Below, piece after piece: positions 46,440-55,557 of a stretch of DNA of 64,000 nucleotides. The notes under the pieces are model-generated. The model saw only the letters and a list, made by a program, of their open reading frames with translations, searched no databases and was not told the DNA's origin. A program made the position numbers and the translations under genes. Each line of letters begins with the position of its first letter. The first letter of the stretch is position 1. Source of the DNA: an uncultured Actinomycetes bacterium (GTDB lineage Bacteria > Actinomycetota > UBA4738 > CALAEC01); assembly GCA_964551945.1 (NCBI GenBank), contig CAZKFH010000002.1, positions 31,785 through 95,784 on the forward strand. Reading direction: 5' to 3'.

Positions 46440-48287
46440 ATGCCCCAACGCAGGAAGAGCTCGCGGAAGTCATCGTCGCGAAAGACCACCGCCAAGCGCA
46501 CCAGCGCCCAGCGGGCGCCCACGCGCAGGACGAGCGCCACGCGCGACAAGACCATTACGCTCCGGGACCGTCCGTGGTTGAAGTCCTACCCGCCGGGCGT
46601 CAAGGAGTCGATCGAGCCCTTGCCGGAGGAGTCGGTCTGGTGGCTCCTCGAGCGGAGCGTGGAGAAGTTCCCCGACGCACCGGCCGTGGTCTTCCCCGTC
46701 GCTCCTATGGCGAAGAAGCTCACCTACCGTCAGCTCAAGGATCAGGCAGAGCAGTTCGCCGGCGCCCTCGCCTCGATGGGTGTCAAGAAAGGTGACCCCG
46801 TCGGGTTGCTGCTCCCCAATTGTCCTCAGTTCGTGGTGGCCTGGTACGCGTGCCAGCGTCTCGGTGCGATCGCGGTCGGCAACAACCCCCTGTACACCCA
46901 GCGTGAGCTGACGCACCAGCTGTCGGACGCCGGCGTCAAGATCCTCGTCACGCTCGACCTGCTCTATCCGCTTGCCGCCGCCGTCCAGAAGGAGGCCGGC
47001 GTCGAGCAGATGATCGTGACGAAGATCGGCGACTACCTCGGGTGGCCGATCAACAAGCTGGCGCCTCTCAAGCAGAAGAAGGAAGCGCAGCACGAGGGAC
47101 GCTCGTGGCCGCCTGTGCCGGCAGACGCGCAGGTCACGTGGTGGAAGGACCTCATGAAAGGGTCGTACGGCCAGCTCCCGAAGCTCGAGGTGAACGCGAA
47201 GGAGGACGTTGCCGCGCTTGTCTACACGGGGGGGACGACGGGTCTGTCGAAGGGCGCGATGCTCACGCACTTCAATATGGTGTCGAACGCGCTCCAGACG
47301 GCAGAGTGGTTCACCGACACGAAGGAGGGCGAGGAGGGGATCATGTGCGTCCTCCCGTTCTTCCACTCGTACGGGTTGTCGGCCGTCATGAACGTCGGCA
47401 TCTCGAAGGCGATGAAGCTCGTGCTGCTCCCGCGGTTCGAGCTCGAGATGGCGCTCAAGGCGATCCAGAAGGAGAAGCCGACGTTGTTCCCCGGCGTGCC
47501 GAGGATCTACATCGCGATCAACGAGTCGCCGGAGTCGAGCAAGTACGACCTGTCCTCGATCCGCGCGTGCTTCTCCGGCGCCGCGCCGCTTCCCGTGGTT
47601 GTCGCCGAGAAGTTTGAGGCGATGACCGGCGGCCGCCTGGTCGAGGGGTACGGGCTCACGGAGACCTCACCCGTTACGCACATCAACCCGGTCTATGGCA
47701 AGCGGAAGTTCGGCACGATCGGTCTGCCGATCCCGGATACCGATTGCAAGATCGTGGATCTGGATGATCCGGAGAAGGAGGTCAAGGCGGGACAGGAGGG
47801 CGAGCTCTGCATGGCGGGCCCGCAGATCATGAAGGGGTACTGGAACCGCCAGGACGAGACGGACGACATGGTCCGGGTCCACAAGGACGGGATCCGTTGG
47901 CTCCACTCCGGCGACATCGCGAAGATGGACGAGGAGGGCTACTTCTCGATCGTCGATCGGAAGAAGGACATGATCCTGGTCTCCGGCTTCAACGTGTACC
48001 CCACCGATGTCGAGCAGGTCCTGTACCGCCACGAGAAGATCGCGCAGGTATGTGTGGTGGGGATCCCCGACGACACGACCGGCGAGGCCGTGAAGGCATT
48101 TGTCGTTCTCAAGCAGGGTCAGAGCGCGACGGAGAAGGAGATCCTCGAGTGGACGCGCGACTCGAAGCACGGGCTGACCGGCTACCGGGCGCCGAAGCAC
48201 GTCGAGTTCCGTGACGAGCTGCCGACGACGATGGTCGGCAAGGTGCTTCGGAGGGTCTTGCTGGAGGAGGAGAAGCAGAAGGCGTAG
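46440..48287 (+). CDS. Long-chain fatty-acid–CoA ligase (FadD/AMP-binding) with a ~45-aa basic low-complexity N-terminal tail
   Basis: AMP-binding motifs are present (TGGTTGLSKGAM, the GYGLTE core, and a C-terminal Lys). A strong AAAGGAG ribosome-binding site lies 6 nt upstream of the ATG at 46440. The tail reads MPQRRKSSRKSSSRKTTAKRTSAQRAPTRRTSATR. Confidence 0.85.
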   Translation: MPQRRKSSRKSSSRKTTAKRTSAQRAPTRRTSATRDKTITLRDRPWLKSYPPGVKESIEPLPEESVWWLLERSVEKFPDAPAVVFPVAPMAKKLTYRQLKDQAEQFAGALASMGVKKGDPVGLLLPNCPQFVVAWYACQRLGAIAVGNNPLYTQRELTHQLSDAGVKILVTLDLLYPLAAAVQKEAGVEQMIVTKIGDYLGWPINKLAPLKQKKEAQHEGRSWPPVPADAQVTWWKDLMKGSYGQLPKLEVNAKEDVAALVYTGGTTGLSKGAMLTHFNMVSNALQTAEWFTDTKEGEEGIMCVLPFFHSYGLSAVMNVGISKAMKLVLLPRFELEMALKAIQKEKPTLFPGVPRIYIAINESPESSKYDLSSIRACFSGAAPLPVVVAEKFEAMTGGRLVEGYGLTETSPVTHINPVYGKRKFGTIGLPIPDTDCKIVDLDDPEKEVKAGQEGELCMAGPQIMKGYWNRQDETDDMVRVHKDGIRWLHSGDIAKMDEEGYFSIVDRKKDMILVSGFNVYPTDVEQVLYRHEKIAQVCVVGIPDDTTGEAVKAFVVLKQGQSATEKEILEWTRDSKHGLTGYRAPKHVEFRDELPTTMVGKVLRRVLLEEEKQKA

Positions 48288-48299
48288 CTCGCAAGGTTA

Positions 48300-48337
48300 C
48301 GAAAGCGGGGGGCGGCGGTTGCCGCCCCCCGCTTTCG
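48300..48337. terminator. Bidirectional intrinsic-terminator hairpin (17-bp perfect stem CGAAAGCGGGGGGCGGC / GCCGCCCCCCGCTTTCG, loop GGTT) between convergent genes
   Basis: The inverted repeat was read directly. The 3' flank is T-rich (TTGTG). Confidence 0.6.
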
Positions 48338-48343
48338 TTGTGC

Positions 48344-49015
48344 CTACTGTGGTGGTGTCGCGGCCGGCGGCGGTGGTGCTGCCGGTGGCGTGCCCGGGGG
48401 CTGCTCGAACCCCGCGGGCGCAGCTGTGGCCGGTCGGTCCGGCATCAGGAGCCGGATCAAGCCGGTGACCGCTGCGAGGATGAACGCCCCGAGCGTGAGC
48501 CAGTAGCCGATCTTGTTCTCCACGGCGATGAAGGCTTCCGCCTCCTGGCCGACGGCGTCGCCGATCGAGCTCTTGACCGAGCTCGCCAGCAGGAACATCA
48601 GGATGACGCCGACCACTCCGAGAACGAGGGCCATGATGCCGCCGGCTCGCCCCGCCATGAGCGCGAGGAAGATGCCGAGCAGCGCGATGGCCGCCGCCGC
48701 GATCGCCCAGATCTGGGAGAGGCCCAGGTCGACGGGGTCGCTCCCGCCGGCTGCGGGCGAGACTCCCGGCAGCGGCGTGGGACCACCGATCGGGAACCCG
48801 AGATCCGGCTGGAACTCGTCGGTGTCGGCCAGGTCTTCCTCGGCTCCGCCGGTGATGAGGTCCACACCGGTGACCTTGGTGAGCTCCCCTCCGCCACCTC
48901 CGCCGCCTCCCAGGCCGGGGATCCCGCCGCCTCCCGCGCAGGTCACGGCGAAGAACGGCAGGAAGAAGCACAGGATCGCGATCAGGAAGAACGGTGATGA
49001 TAGGTACCGCTTCAA
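48344..49015 (-). CDS. Membrane protein with a poly-Gly extracytoplasmic loop and a Pro/Ala-rich C-terminal tail
   Basis: The TTG at 49015 has a GAAGGGAGG ribosome-binding site. Multiple transmembrane helices are present. The loop reads GGGGIPGLGGGGGGGG and the tail PPGTPPAAPPPPAATPPQ. Confidence 0.4.
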   Translation of the reverse strand: MKRYLSSPFFLIAILCFFLPFFAVTCAGGGGIPGLGGGGGGGGELTKVTGVDLITGGAEEDLADTDEFQPDLGFPIGGPTPLPGVSPAAGGSDPVDLGLSQIWAIAAAAIALLGIFLALMAGRAGGIMALVLGVVGVILMFLLASSVKSSIGDAVGQEAEAFIAVENKIGYWLTLGAFILAAVTGLIRLLMPDRPATAAPAGFEQPPGTPPAAPPPPAATPPQ

Positions 49016-49192
49016 ATGAGCCTCCCTTCGGTTGATGGCAGGGTCATACGAGGGGGTCCTCAGAGTCAAGTTGGGGGTCCTCGATCTCGCCGGAAGGGTG
49101 AGGTCGTCGCCCCAGGAGATGCCACGCGACCAAGGAGAGGATCGCCGCGATGACCGTCACGCCCGCGAGTGCCGCGATGATCAAAGCGTCGC

Positions 49193-50818
49193 TCATGGCC
49201 GCTCCGCGGCTCGCCGCTTGGCCTCCGTGCGTCGCTCCGCCTCGAGACGCTCGAGCTTGACCGACGAGTGGTCAACGAAACGCATCGCGTCGGCGATCGC
49301 GCGATGTCCGGCCTGCTCGGCGATGAGGTGGTGCATCTCCTGACAGACGCGCCGGTACGTCGGATGGCCCTGGGGGGTGGTTCGCAGCTCGATGACATGC
49401 ATCGCCTCGCGGGCGTTCATCTGCATCACGAAGCGGATCCGGTACGCCATCGAGACGGCGTACTGACCGGCCTGGTCCAGCCCGCGCATGACGAGCTCGT
49501 CGTACAGGGTGGCTGACTCGGCCATCACACGATCCCAGTCGTCGGCCGCTCCGGCTTCCTCGACCTCGGGCGGCCGCTCGAAGCCGTGGATCGGCGACAG
49601 CCGTTGCCACTCGAGCGTGAGGAGGCGGTGGCGCTGGAGGTCCCGGAACGCGCCGTAGTCGCAGAGCACGTCGAAGCGGTACGAGGTCCGTTCGAACGCT
49701 CTCCCCGGCTTGTGCCGGCGATTGATCCTCTCTCCCACGTAGGTCTTCAGGACCCTGGCGCGCTCCTCGCTGTTCATGCCGCGCACGATGTGGAGAAGCC
49801 GGTCGTCGGGCACATCCGCGACCGAGTACAGCGCTGCGGCGACGACTTTCACCTCGCCGTCAGCGTCGAAATCGGTGAGCGTCACCTCGGGGCGCGTCGG
49901 GGGTGCGTCAAGGAGCTCGTTCACGAGGAAGCTGGCCGTTCGAAGCTCCGTCATGTCCTCTCGGGTCTTCTCCAGGTAGCGCGTCCATGCTCCACCGCGA
50001 TCTTCCACGTCGACGCGCGTGAGGAAGGCGGGGATCACCGCGCGCAGCTCCACGAGCATGAGGTCCGCGAACGACCGCACCTCCTCCAACGGATGGGCAC
50101 GCATGCGGAGGAGCAGCTGCTCGTACCCCTGCCCCGTTCCGTAGATCCCGACATTCGAGCGGGTCGCCGCGGGCAGCAATCCGCGCAGGGCGTCACATGC
50201 CTTCGCGCGGATCGTCGAGCGATAGACGAAGTCGCTGTCGCTCGGGTCCCTCGGGTAGCGCTCCTGGAGATGCTCCTGCAGCGGCTCAAGCCACTTCGCG
50301 TACGTCTCGAACGCGCTGTCGAGCGTTCGCTCGTAGCGCTCCGCGAGCCCCGCCCGGACCACCTCCGGCGGGGTGACGTAGCGCCACCGGCCACCCGGCC
50401 GGTCGTCGTACGGCACGTAGCGCGTCGACTGCTCGAGGTACGCCATCAGCCGTCCCCACTCGAGGACCTTGGCCAGAGGCTGTGAGGATTGCTCGCACGC
50501 GAGGTGCACGCCGCCGAGCTGCGCGACGGAGTCGTCGCCGTACTCGAGGAAGACACGCTCGTAGAGGTCCTCGGCTCGGGCTGCGCCGACGTTGTCGAGG
50601 AGCTGCTCGCTGCCGCGCTCCGCATGATCCGCGAACTCGTCGAGGAAGAGCCTGCGGAGGGACTTGGGGGATCGCGAGTACCGTGCGAACAGGGCGCCCT
50701 TCGTGACCTCGGGAAGGTTCACGAGGGCGAAGACCGGTTGATCGAGGTTCGAGAAGTGCGGGCGCAGGAGCCGTCGTTCCTCATCGGTGAACTCTTCCGG
50801 AGCGAACCAGAGCGTCAC
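49193..50818 (-). CDS. thyX: Tandem-domain FAD-dependent thymidylate synthase ThyX-like protein (N domain degenerate, C domain with RHR motif)
   Basis: The C-half motif FDVLCDYGAFRDLQRHRLLTLEWQRLS aligns with ThyX [29 protein letters not shown]. Both halves contain an ARxxLPxAT......TGxxR......R block. Confidence 0.55.
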   Translation of the reverse strand: MTLWFAPEEFTDEERRLLRPHFSNLDQPVFALVNLPEVTKGALFARYSRSPKSLRRLFLDEFADHAERGSEQLLDNVGAARAEDLYERVFLEYGDDSVAQLGGVHLACEQSSQPLAKVLEWGRLMAYLEQSTRYVPYDDRPGGRWRYVTPPEVVRAGLAERYERTLDSAFETYAKWLEPLQEHLQERYPRDPSDSDFVYRSTIRAKACDALRGLLPAATRSNVGIYGTGQGYEQLLLRMRAHPLEEVRSFADLMLVELRAVIPAFLTRVDVEDRGGAWTRYLEKTREDMTELRTASFLVNELLDAPPTRPEVTLTDFDADGEVKVVAAALYSVADVPDDRLLHIVRGMNSEERARVLKTYVGERINRRHKPGRAFERTSYRFDVLCDYGAFRDLQRHRLLTLEWQRLSPIHGFERPPEVEEAGAADDWDRVMAESATLYDELVMRGLDQAGQYAVSMAYRIRFVMQMNAREAMHVIELRTTPQGHPTYRRVCQEMHHLIAEQAGHRAIADAMRFVDHSSVKLERLEAERRTEAKRRAAERP

Positions 50819-50864
50819 GGCCGCGATGGTACTCCGGGCCGGCGACGCGCCTCGGCCGGACCGG

Positions 50865-52565
50865 TCAAGGAGTCGGCAGCGTCGGTGTGGGCTCGGTCGT
50901 GATGGTCTCTTCGGGCTCGGGCCCTTCCGATTCCACGACGCGAACCGTGGAGCCCTGCGTCACCTCCGCCCCTCCCCCGGGGTTCTGCTCGGCAACCGTG
51001 CCCTCGGGACATGACTCGGAGAACTGCGAGCCGACGACGTCGAAGCCCAGGCCGGCCGCGCTGATCTCCGCTTGCGCCTCATCGACGTCCTGGCACACGA
51101 CGTCGGGGACCGTGACGGTGCCGGGCCCGCCGGAGACCACCAGATCGACGGCACTCTCGGCATCGACCTTGGATCCGCCCGGTGGGGCCTGCTCGAGGAC
51201 GGTGCCCTCCTCCTCCTGGCTGTCCTGCGAGGTGACATTGCCGACCTCGAGCCCGGCGTCGATGATCGCTGCGGTGGCCTCGTCCTGGGTCAGCCCCACC
51301 ACCGAGGGAACCTCGACGCCCGGCTGGCCCTTCGAGACCGTGATCGTGACCGCGTCGCCTTCCTCCCCCGGACTGTCCGGCTCGGGGTCCTGCTGGAACA
51401 CGATCCCACGGCGCTCGTCCTCGTTGAACTCGCGCTCGACGCGGACCTGGAAGCCGAGCTCCTCCAGGGTGTCGGTCGCGTCCTCCTCGGTCTCGCCGAC
51501 CACGTCCGGGACCGTCAGCTCCGCCTCGGGTGGGACCAGCGAATTCACCAGGGCGAAGGCCGCGACCCCGAGGGCCGCCAGCACGAGTACGACGACGACG
51601 ACCGTCAGCCACGTGCGCCGCCGGTCCGGTCGCTCATCGGGGGGCACGCCGGTCATGACCGCCGTCTGGTCGGGTCGGCCCTGCGCCCGGGTCAGCATCT
51701 CGGTCGAGTCGGCGAGGATCGGCGTCGCAAGGGGTGTCCCACCCCGCCGCACACGCCGAAGGTCCTCGCGGAGCTCCTCCGCGGACTGGTAGCGGTTCGC
51801 CGGGTTCTTGGCCATGCACTTCAGGACGACGGCCTCGACCGCAGGGGAGACGTCGGGGTTCTTCTGGCTGGGCGGCACGGGATTCTCCCCGACGTGCTTG
51901 TAGGCGATCGTGACGGGAGAGTCGCCCGTGAACGGCGCACCGGCCGTGAGCATCTCGTAGAGCACGCACCCGACGGAGTAGATGTCGGAGCGCCCGTCCA
52001 CGCTTTCCCCTTGGGCCTGCTCGGGGGACAGGTAGGAGGCGGTGCCGAGGATGGATGCGGTCTGCGTGAGCGTGTCGCCGGTGGTGGTCCGGGCGATGCC
52101 GAAGTCCATCACCTTCACCTCGCCATCGCGGGTGATCATGATGTTGCCGGGCTTGATGTCGCGATGGACGAGCCCCGCCGCATGGGCGGCGGCGAGGGCG
52201 TCGGCGACCGACTCGGCGATCTCCATCGCCCGCTCGGGGAGCAGCGGCCCCTCCTGCCGGATGATGTCGCGAAGCGTCCGGCCCTCGACATACTCCATGA
52301 CGATGTAGTGCACGTCGCCCTGAGAGCCCGTGTCGTAGACGGACACGATGTTCGGATGGTTGAGGGCCGCGGCGGCTTGCGCCTCGCGGCGGAACCGAGC
52401 GACGAACTGCTCGTCGCCGGCGAACTGGGGCGAGAGGACCTTGACCGCGACCGTGCGGTTCAGCACTCGGTCGTTGCCCTTGAACACCCGAGCCATGCCC
52501 CCCTGACCGAGGACCGTGTCGATCTCGTATCGGTCGGCCAGGACGCGCTTGCGTTGCTCGCTCAC
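50865..52565 (-). CDS. pknB: Ser/Thr protein kinase PknB with extracellular PASTA repeats
   Basis: The kinase motifs are VAVK, HRDIKPGN, DFG and SPE. A single transmembrane helix is followed by at least three PASTA units (VPDVVGETEEDATDTLEELGF and others). Confidence 0.9.
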   Translation of the reverse strand: MSEQRKRVLADRYEIDTVLGQGGMARVFKGNDRVLNRTVAVKVLSPQFAGDEQFVARFRREAQAAAALNHPNIVSVYDTGSQGDVHYIVMEYVEGRTLRDIIRQEGPLLPERAMEIAESVADALAAAHAAGLVHRDIKPGNIMITRDGEVKVMDFGIARTTTGDTLTQTASILGTASYLSPEQAQGESVDGRSDIYSVGCVLYEMLTAGAPFTGDSPVTIAYKHVGENPVPPSQKNPDVSPAVEAVVLKCMAKNPANRYQSAEELREDLRRVRRGGTPLATPILADSTEMLTRAQGRPDQTAVMTGVPPDERPDRRRTWLTVVVVVLVLAALGVAAFALVNSLVPPEAELTVPDVVGETEEDATDTLEELGFQVRVEREFNEDERRGIVFQQDPEPDSPGEEGDAVTITVSKGQPGVEVPSVVGLTQDEATAAIIDAGLEVGNVTSQDSQEEEGTVLEQAPPGGSKVDAESAVDLVVSGGPGTVTVPDVVCQDVDEAQAEISAAGLGFDVVGSQFSESCPEGTVAEQNPGGGAEVTQGSTVRVVESEGPEPEETITTEPTPTLPTP

Positions 52566-52620
52566 CGGGGTCCCCTCACGCGGCCAACTCTAGCCGCCGG
52601 GCCACGCTGCGGGCCGGCGC

Positions 52621-54075
52621 TCAATCCTCGTCCTTCTTCTCGTGCCCCGGCGCGTTCTCGCTGTTGCCCGGCCCGGAGTCCTCGTCTTCCTCGCCGTCCT
52701 CGTCGCCGCCTTCCTCGTCCACGGGGCTCTCCTCGATCGTGGGCGTCGCGAGCATCGCCTGTCGCACCGCGTCGATCGCCTCGTGAACCGAGACCGCCAC
52801 GTCGGGAGACGCGAAGGCATCCGCCGCGGTCGCGATGTCCTCGTCCGCGTGGTCGAGATGCTCCAACGCTTTCTCCACATTTCCGCGCGCGTACTCCTCC
52901 GTCGCCTTCCCCTGCTCCTCGAGGATCTCGAGCCCCATCTCCTCGCTCACCAGGTCGGCTTCGACGGAGGCTCCGACCAGCTGCTGGAGCGAGAGCACCG
53001 CCTCGTCCACGCCCAGGAGGGCCGGGGGAGCCACCGACTCCTCCGGGACCGGTGTCCGTTCCGCCCGCCGCTGTCCGCCATCTCTGGATGGCTCATCCCC
53101 GCCGGTGAGCGCCAGGGTCGCGATCCCCGCGATCAGGAGGATCGCGGCGAGCACCGCGACCGGGACCCAGGAACGACGCGCCCCGGGCACCCGAGTGAGC
53201 GGCTCCGTGATCGTCGGGAGCACCGCGGTGTCTCCACCGATGGGCTCGGTTGGTTCCCCTCCCGCGGCATGCGTGATCGCTTGGCGGAACGCCTCCGCCG
53301 TGGTGAACCTCGCATCAGGGTCCTTCGCCAGCGCGCGCATCACGACCGCCTCGACCTCGCTCGGGATGGAGGGCTTCGCGTGCGAGGGTGGCGAGGGCTG
53401 ATCGTTCACGTGCTTGTAGGCGATGGAGAGGGGAGAGCCACCGGTGAACGGCGGGCTCCCCACGAGCATCTCGTACGTGACGCATCCGAGGGAGTAGATG
53501 TCCGAGCGATGGTCCACGGTGTCGCCGCGGGATTGCTCGGGCGACAGGTACGAGGCCGTCCCCATGATCAGCCCGGTCTGCGTGAGGGTGTCATCGGTCG
53601 CCGCGCGTGCGATCCCGAAGTCCATGACCTTCACCTCGCCCCTGCGGGTGAGCATGACGTTGCCGGGCTTGACGTCCCGGTGGATCAAGCCCTGGCGGTG
53701 CGCCGCCTGGAGGGCTTCCGCGATGCCGGCCGCGATACGGGCCGCGTGGTCGGCGGAGAGCGGTCCCTGGCGCCGCATCAGGTCCGCGAGGGTCTCGCCC
53801 TCGACCAGCTCCATCACGATGTAGTGCTCTCCGTCGGTGTCTCCCGTGTCGTACACCGACACGATGTTGTTGTGGTTGAGGCCCGCGGCGGCTCGGGCCT
53901 CTCGCTGGAACCGGGTCACGAACTTCTCGTCTCCCGCATACTTCTTCGCCAGCACCTTGATCGCGACCGGCCTGTCGAGCACGCGGTCCCGACCGGCGTA
54001 GACCGTCGCCATCCCACCCGTGCCGAGCGTGCCCTGTATCTCGTAGCGGTCGGCGAGCACGCGTCGATCCGCCAC
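52621..54075 (-). CDS. pknA: Ser/Thr protein kinase PknA-like (TM-anchored, acidic C-terminal tail)
   Basis: The kinase motifs are VAIK, HRDVKPGN and DFG. The transmembrane helix is WVPVAVLAAILLIAGIATLAL. Confidence 0.85.
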   Translation of the reverse strand: MADRRVLADRYEIQGTLGTGGMATVYAGRDRVLDRPVAIKVLAKKYAGDEKFVTRFQREARAAAGLNHNNIVSVYDTGDTDGEHYIVMELVEGETLADLMRRQGPLSADHAARIAAGIAEALQAAHRQGLIHRDVKPGNVMLTRRGEVKVMDFGIARAATDDTLTQTGLIMGTASYLSPEQSRGDTVDHRSDIYSLGCVTYEMLVGSPPFTGGSPLSIAYKHVNDQPSPPSHAKPSIPSEVEAVVMRALAKDPDARFTTAEAFRQAITHAAGGEPTEPIGGDTAVLPTITEPLTRVPGARRSWVPVAVLAAILLIAGIATLALTGGDEPSRDGGQRRAERTPVPEESVAPPALLGVDEAVLSLQQLVGASVEADLVSEEMGLEILEEQGKATEEYARGNVEKALEHLDHADEDIATAADAFASPDVAVSVHEAIDAVRQAMLATPTIEESPVDEEGGDEDGEEDEDSGPGNSENAPGHEKKDED

Positions 54076-54078
54076 GGC

Positions 54079-55557
54079 CTAGCCCCTCAGGTGCGCTTCG
54101 ATCAGCGTCTTGGCGATGGGAGCCGACAGCTCCCCCCCGGTTGCCTCGTTCCCGAGGCTTCCGCCGTTGAGGATCACGACCGCCACGGCGATCTCGGGGT
54201 CGTCGGCAGGAGCGAAGGAGACGAACCAGGCATGTGGCGACTCACCCTCTGCTGTCTGTGCCGTCCCCGTCTTGCCGGCGACGACGATCCCGGGCACCTG
54301 CGCGCCGCTCCCCGTTCCCGACTGCACGACGGCGACCATCATCTCGGTGAGGATCCCCGCGTTCAGCTCCGACAGCGGCTCCCCGTACTCGGAGGTTCCG
54401 ACGTTGCGGAGGATGCGGCCTTCGGGGTCGCGGACCTCGCGGACGAGCCGAGGCTGCATCATCGTGCCGTGGTTGCCGATCGCTCCGGCCACGAGCGCCA
54501 TGTGCAGAACGTTCGTGCGGACGTCTCGTTGTCCGATCCCCGACTGCGCCACCGCGGGGATGTCGTCCTCGAACGCTGACACCGGCGGGATCTCGGATTC
54601 GACGAAGGGGATGTCGAACTCGATGTCCTGGGAGAAGCCGAAGCGCTGCGCTTGATCGACCAGCGTCTCGGGGCCGATCTCGACCGCGAGCTGCGCGAAG
54701 TAGACGTTGCAGGAGATCTGCAAGGCCTGCGCCATGTCGATCTGCGAGCCGCCCGGGCACGTCACGCCGCCGAAGTTCTCGAGGTCGTCGGTCGTCTGCG
54801 GCACGTCGTACGCGGTCGGGTTCGGCAGCAGATGGTCGGCTCCCAGTCCCGCCTCCAGCGCGGCGGCCGCGGTCACGATCTTGAAGGAGGAGCCCGGTGG
54901 AAAGAACGTGTCGGTCGCTCGCGACACGAGAGGCGAGTCCGGCTCGTCCGGGTTCAACGCCTCGTAGGCGCGCTGGACCACCGATCCGCGAGCGTGCGAC
55001 GCGATCGGGTTCGGGTCGTAGGTCGGGCTCGAGACGAGGGCGAGCACGTCACCGGTCCGCGGGTCGATCGCCGCGACCGCTCCCTCGGATCCCTCGAGGG
55101 CCTCCGCCGCGAGCTCTTGGAGCACGGGCTCGATCGTGGTGACGATGGTCGCCCCCTTCAGGTCCCGTCCCAGGAACTCGTCGATCAATCGCTGCGGGAA
55201 GAGCTCCTCCGCCCTCGCGGAGAGCTCGTCGTTGAATGCCTGCTCGAGCTCTGTGCGTCCGTACTTGAAGGAGTAGAAGCCGGTCAGATGTCCGTAGCCG
55301 AGCTCGGGGGGTTGCGGGTACACCCGTTGATACTTGAGCTCGCCGCCGGTTCGACGCGTGTCGGCCAACAACGTCCGCCGGTCGGCGGCGAGGATCAGGC
55401 CCCGATCCACCTCGTACTCCTGGATGAGCAGCCGCTTGTTCGCGTTGTTGTTGGCGATCCTGTCCGCGGCGATGACCTGCAGGTAGTTCAGGTTGATCGC
55501 GAGCGCCGCGAACAGCACGAGGATGCCGAGTGCGAGCTTTCGGATCTGGCGGTCCAT
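54079..55557 (-). CDS. pbpA: Penicillin-binding protein PbpA (class B transpeptidase)
   Basis: The true start, the ATG at 55555..55557, overlaps the rodA stop. The SxxK motif is GSSFK. The KTGT motif is present. The track's 841-aa ORF includes a spurious upstream extension. Confidence 0.85.
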   Translation of the reverse strand: MDRQIRKLALGILVLFAALAINLNYLQVIAADRIANNNANKRLLIQEYEVDRGLILAADRRTLLADTRRTGGELKYQRVYPQPPELGYGHLTGFYSFKYGRTELEQAFNDELSARAEELFPQRLIDEFLGRDLKGATIVTTIEPVLQELAAEALEGSEGAVAAIDPRTGDVLALVSSPTYDPNPIASHARGSVVQRAYEALNPDEPDSPLVSRATDTFFPPGSSFKIVTAAAALEAGLGADHLLPNPTAYDVPQTTDDLENFGGVTCPGGSQIDMAQALQISCNVYFAQLAVEIGPETLVDQAQRFGFSQDIEFDIPFVESEIPPVSAFEDDIPAVAQSGIGQRDVRTNVLHMALVAGAIGNHGTMMQPRLVREVRDPEGRILRNVGTSEYGEPLSELNAGILTEMMVAVVQSGTGSGAQVPGIVVAGKTGTAQTAEGESPHAWFVSFAPADDPEIAVAVVILNGGSLGNEATGGELSAPIAKTLIEAHLRG

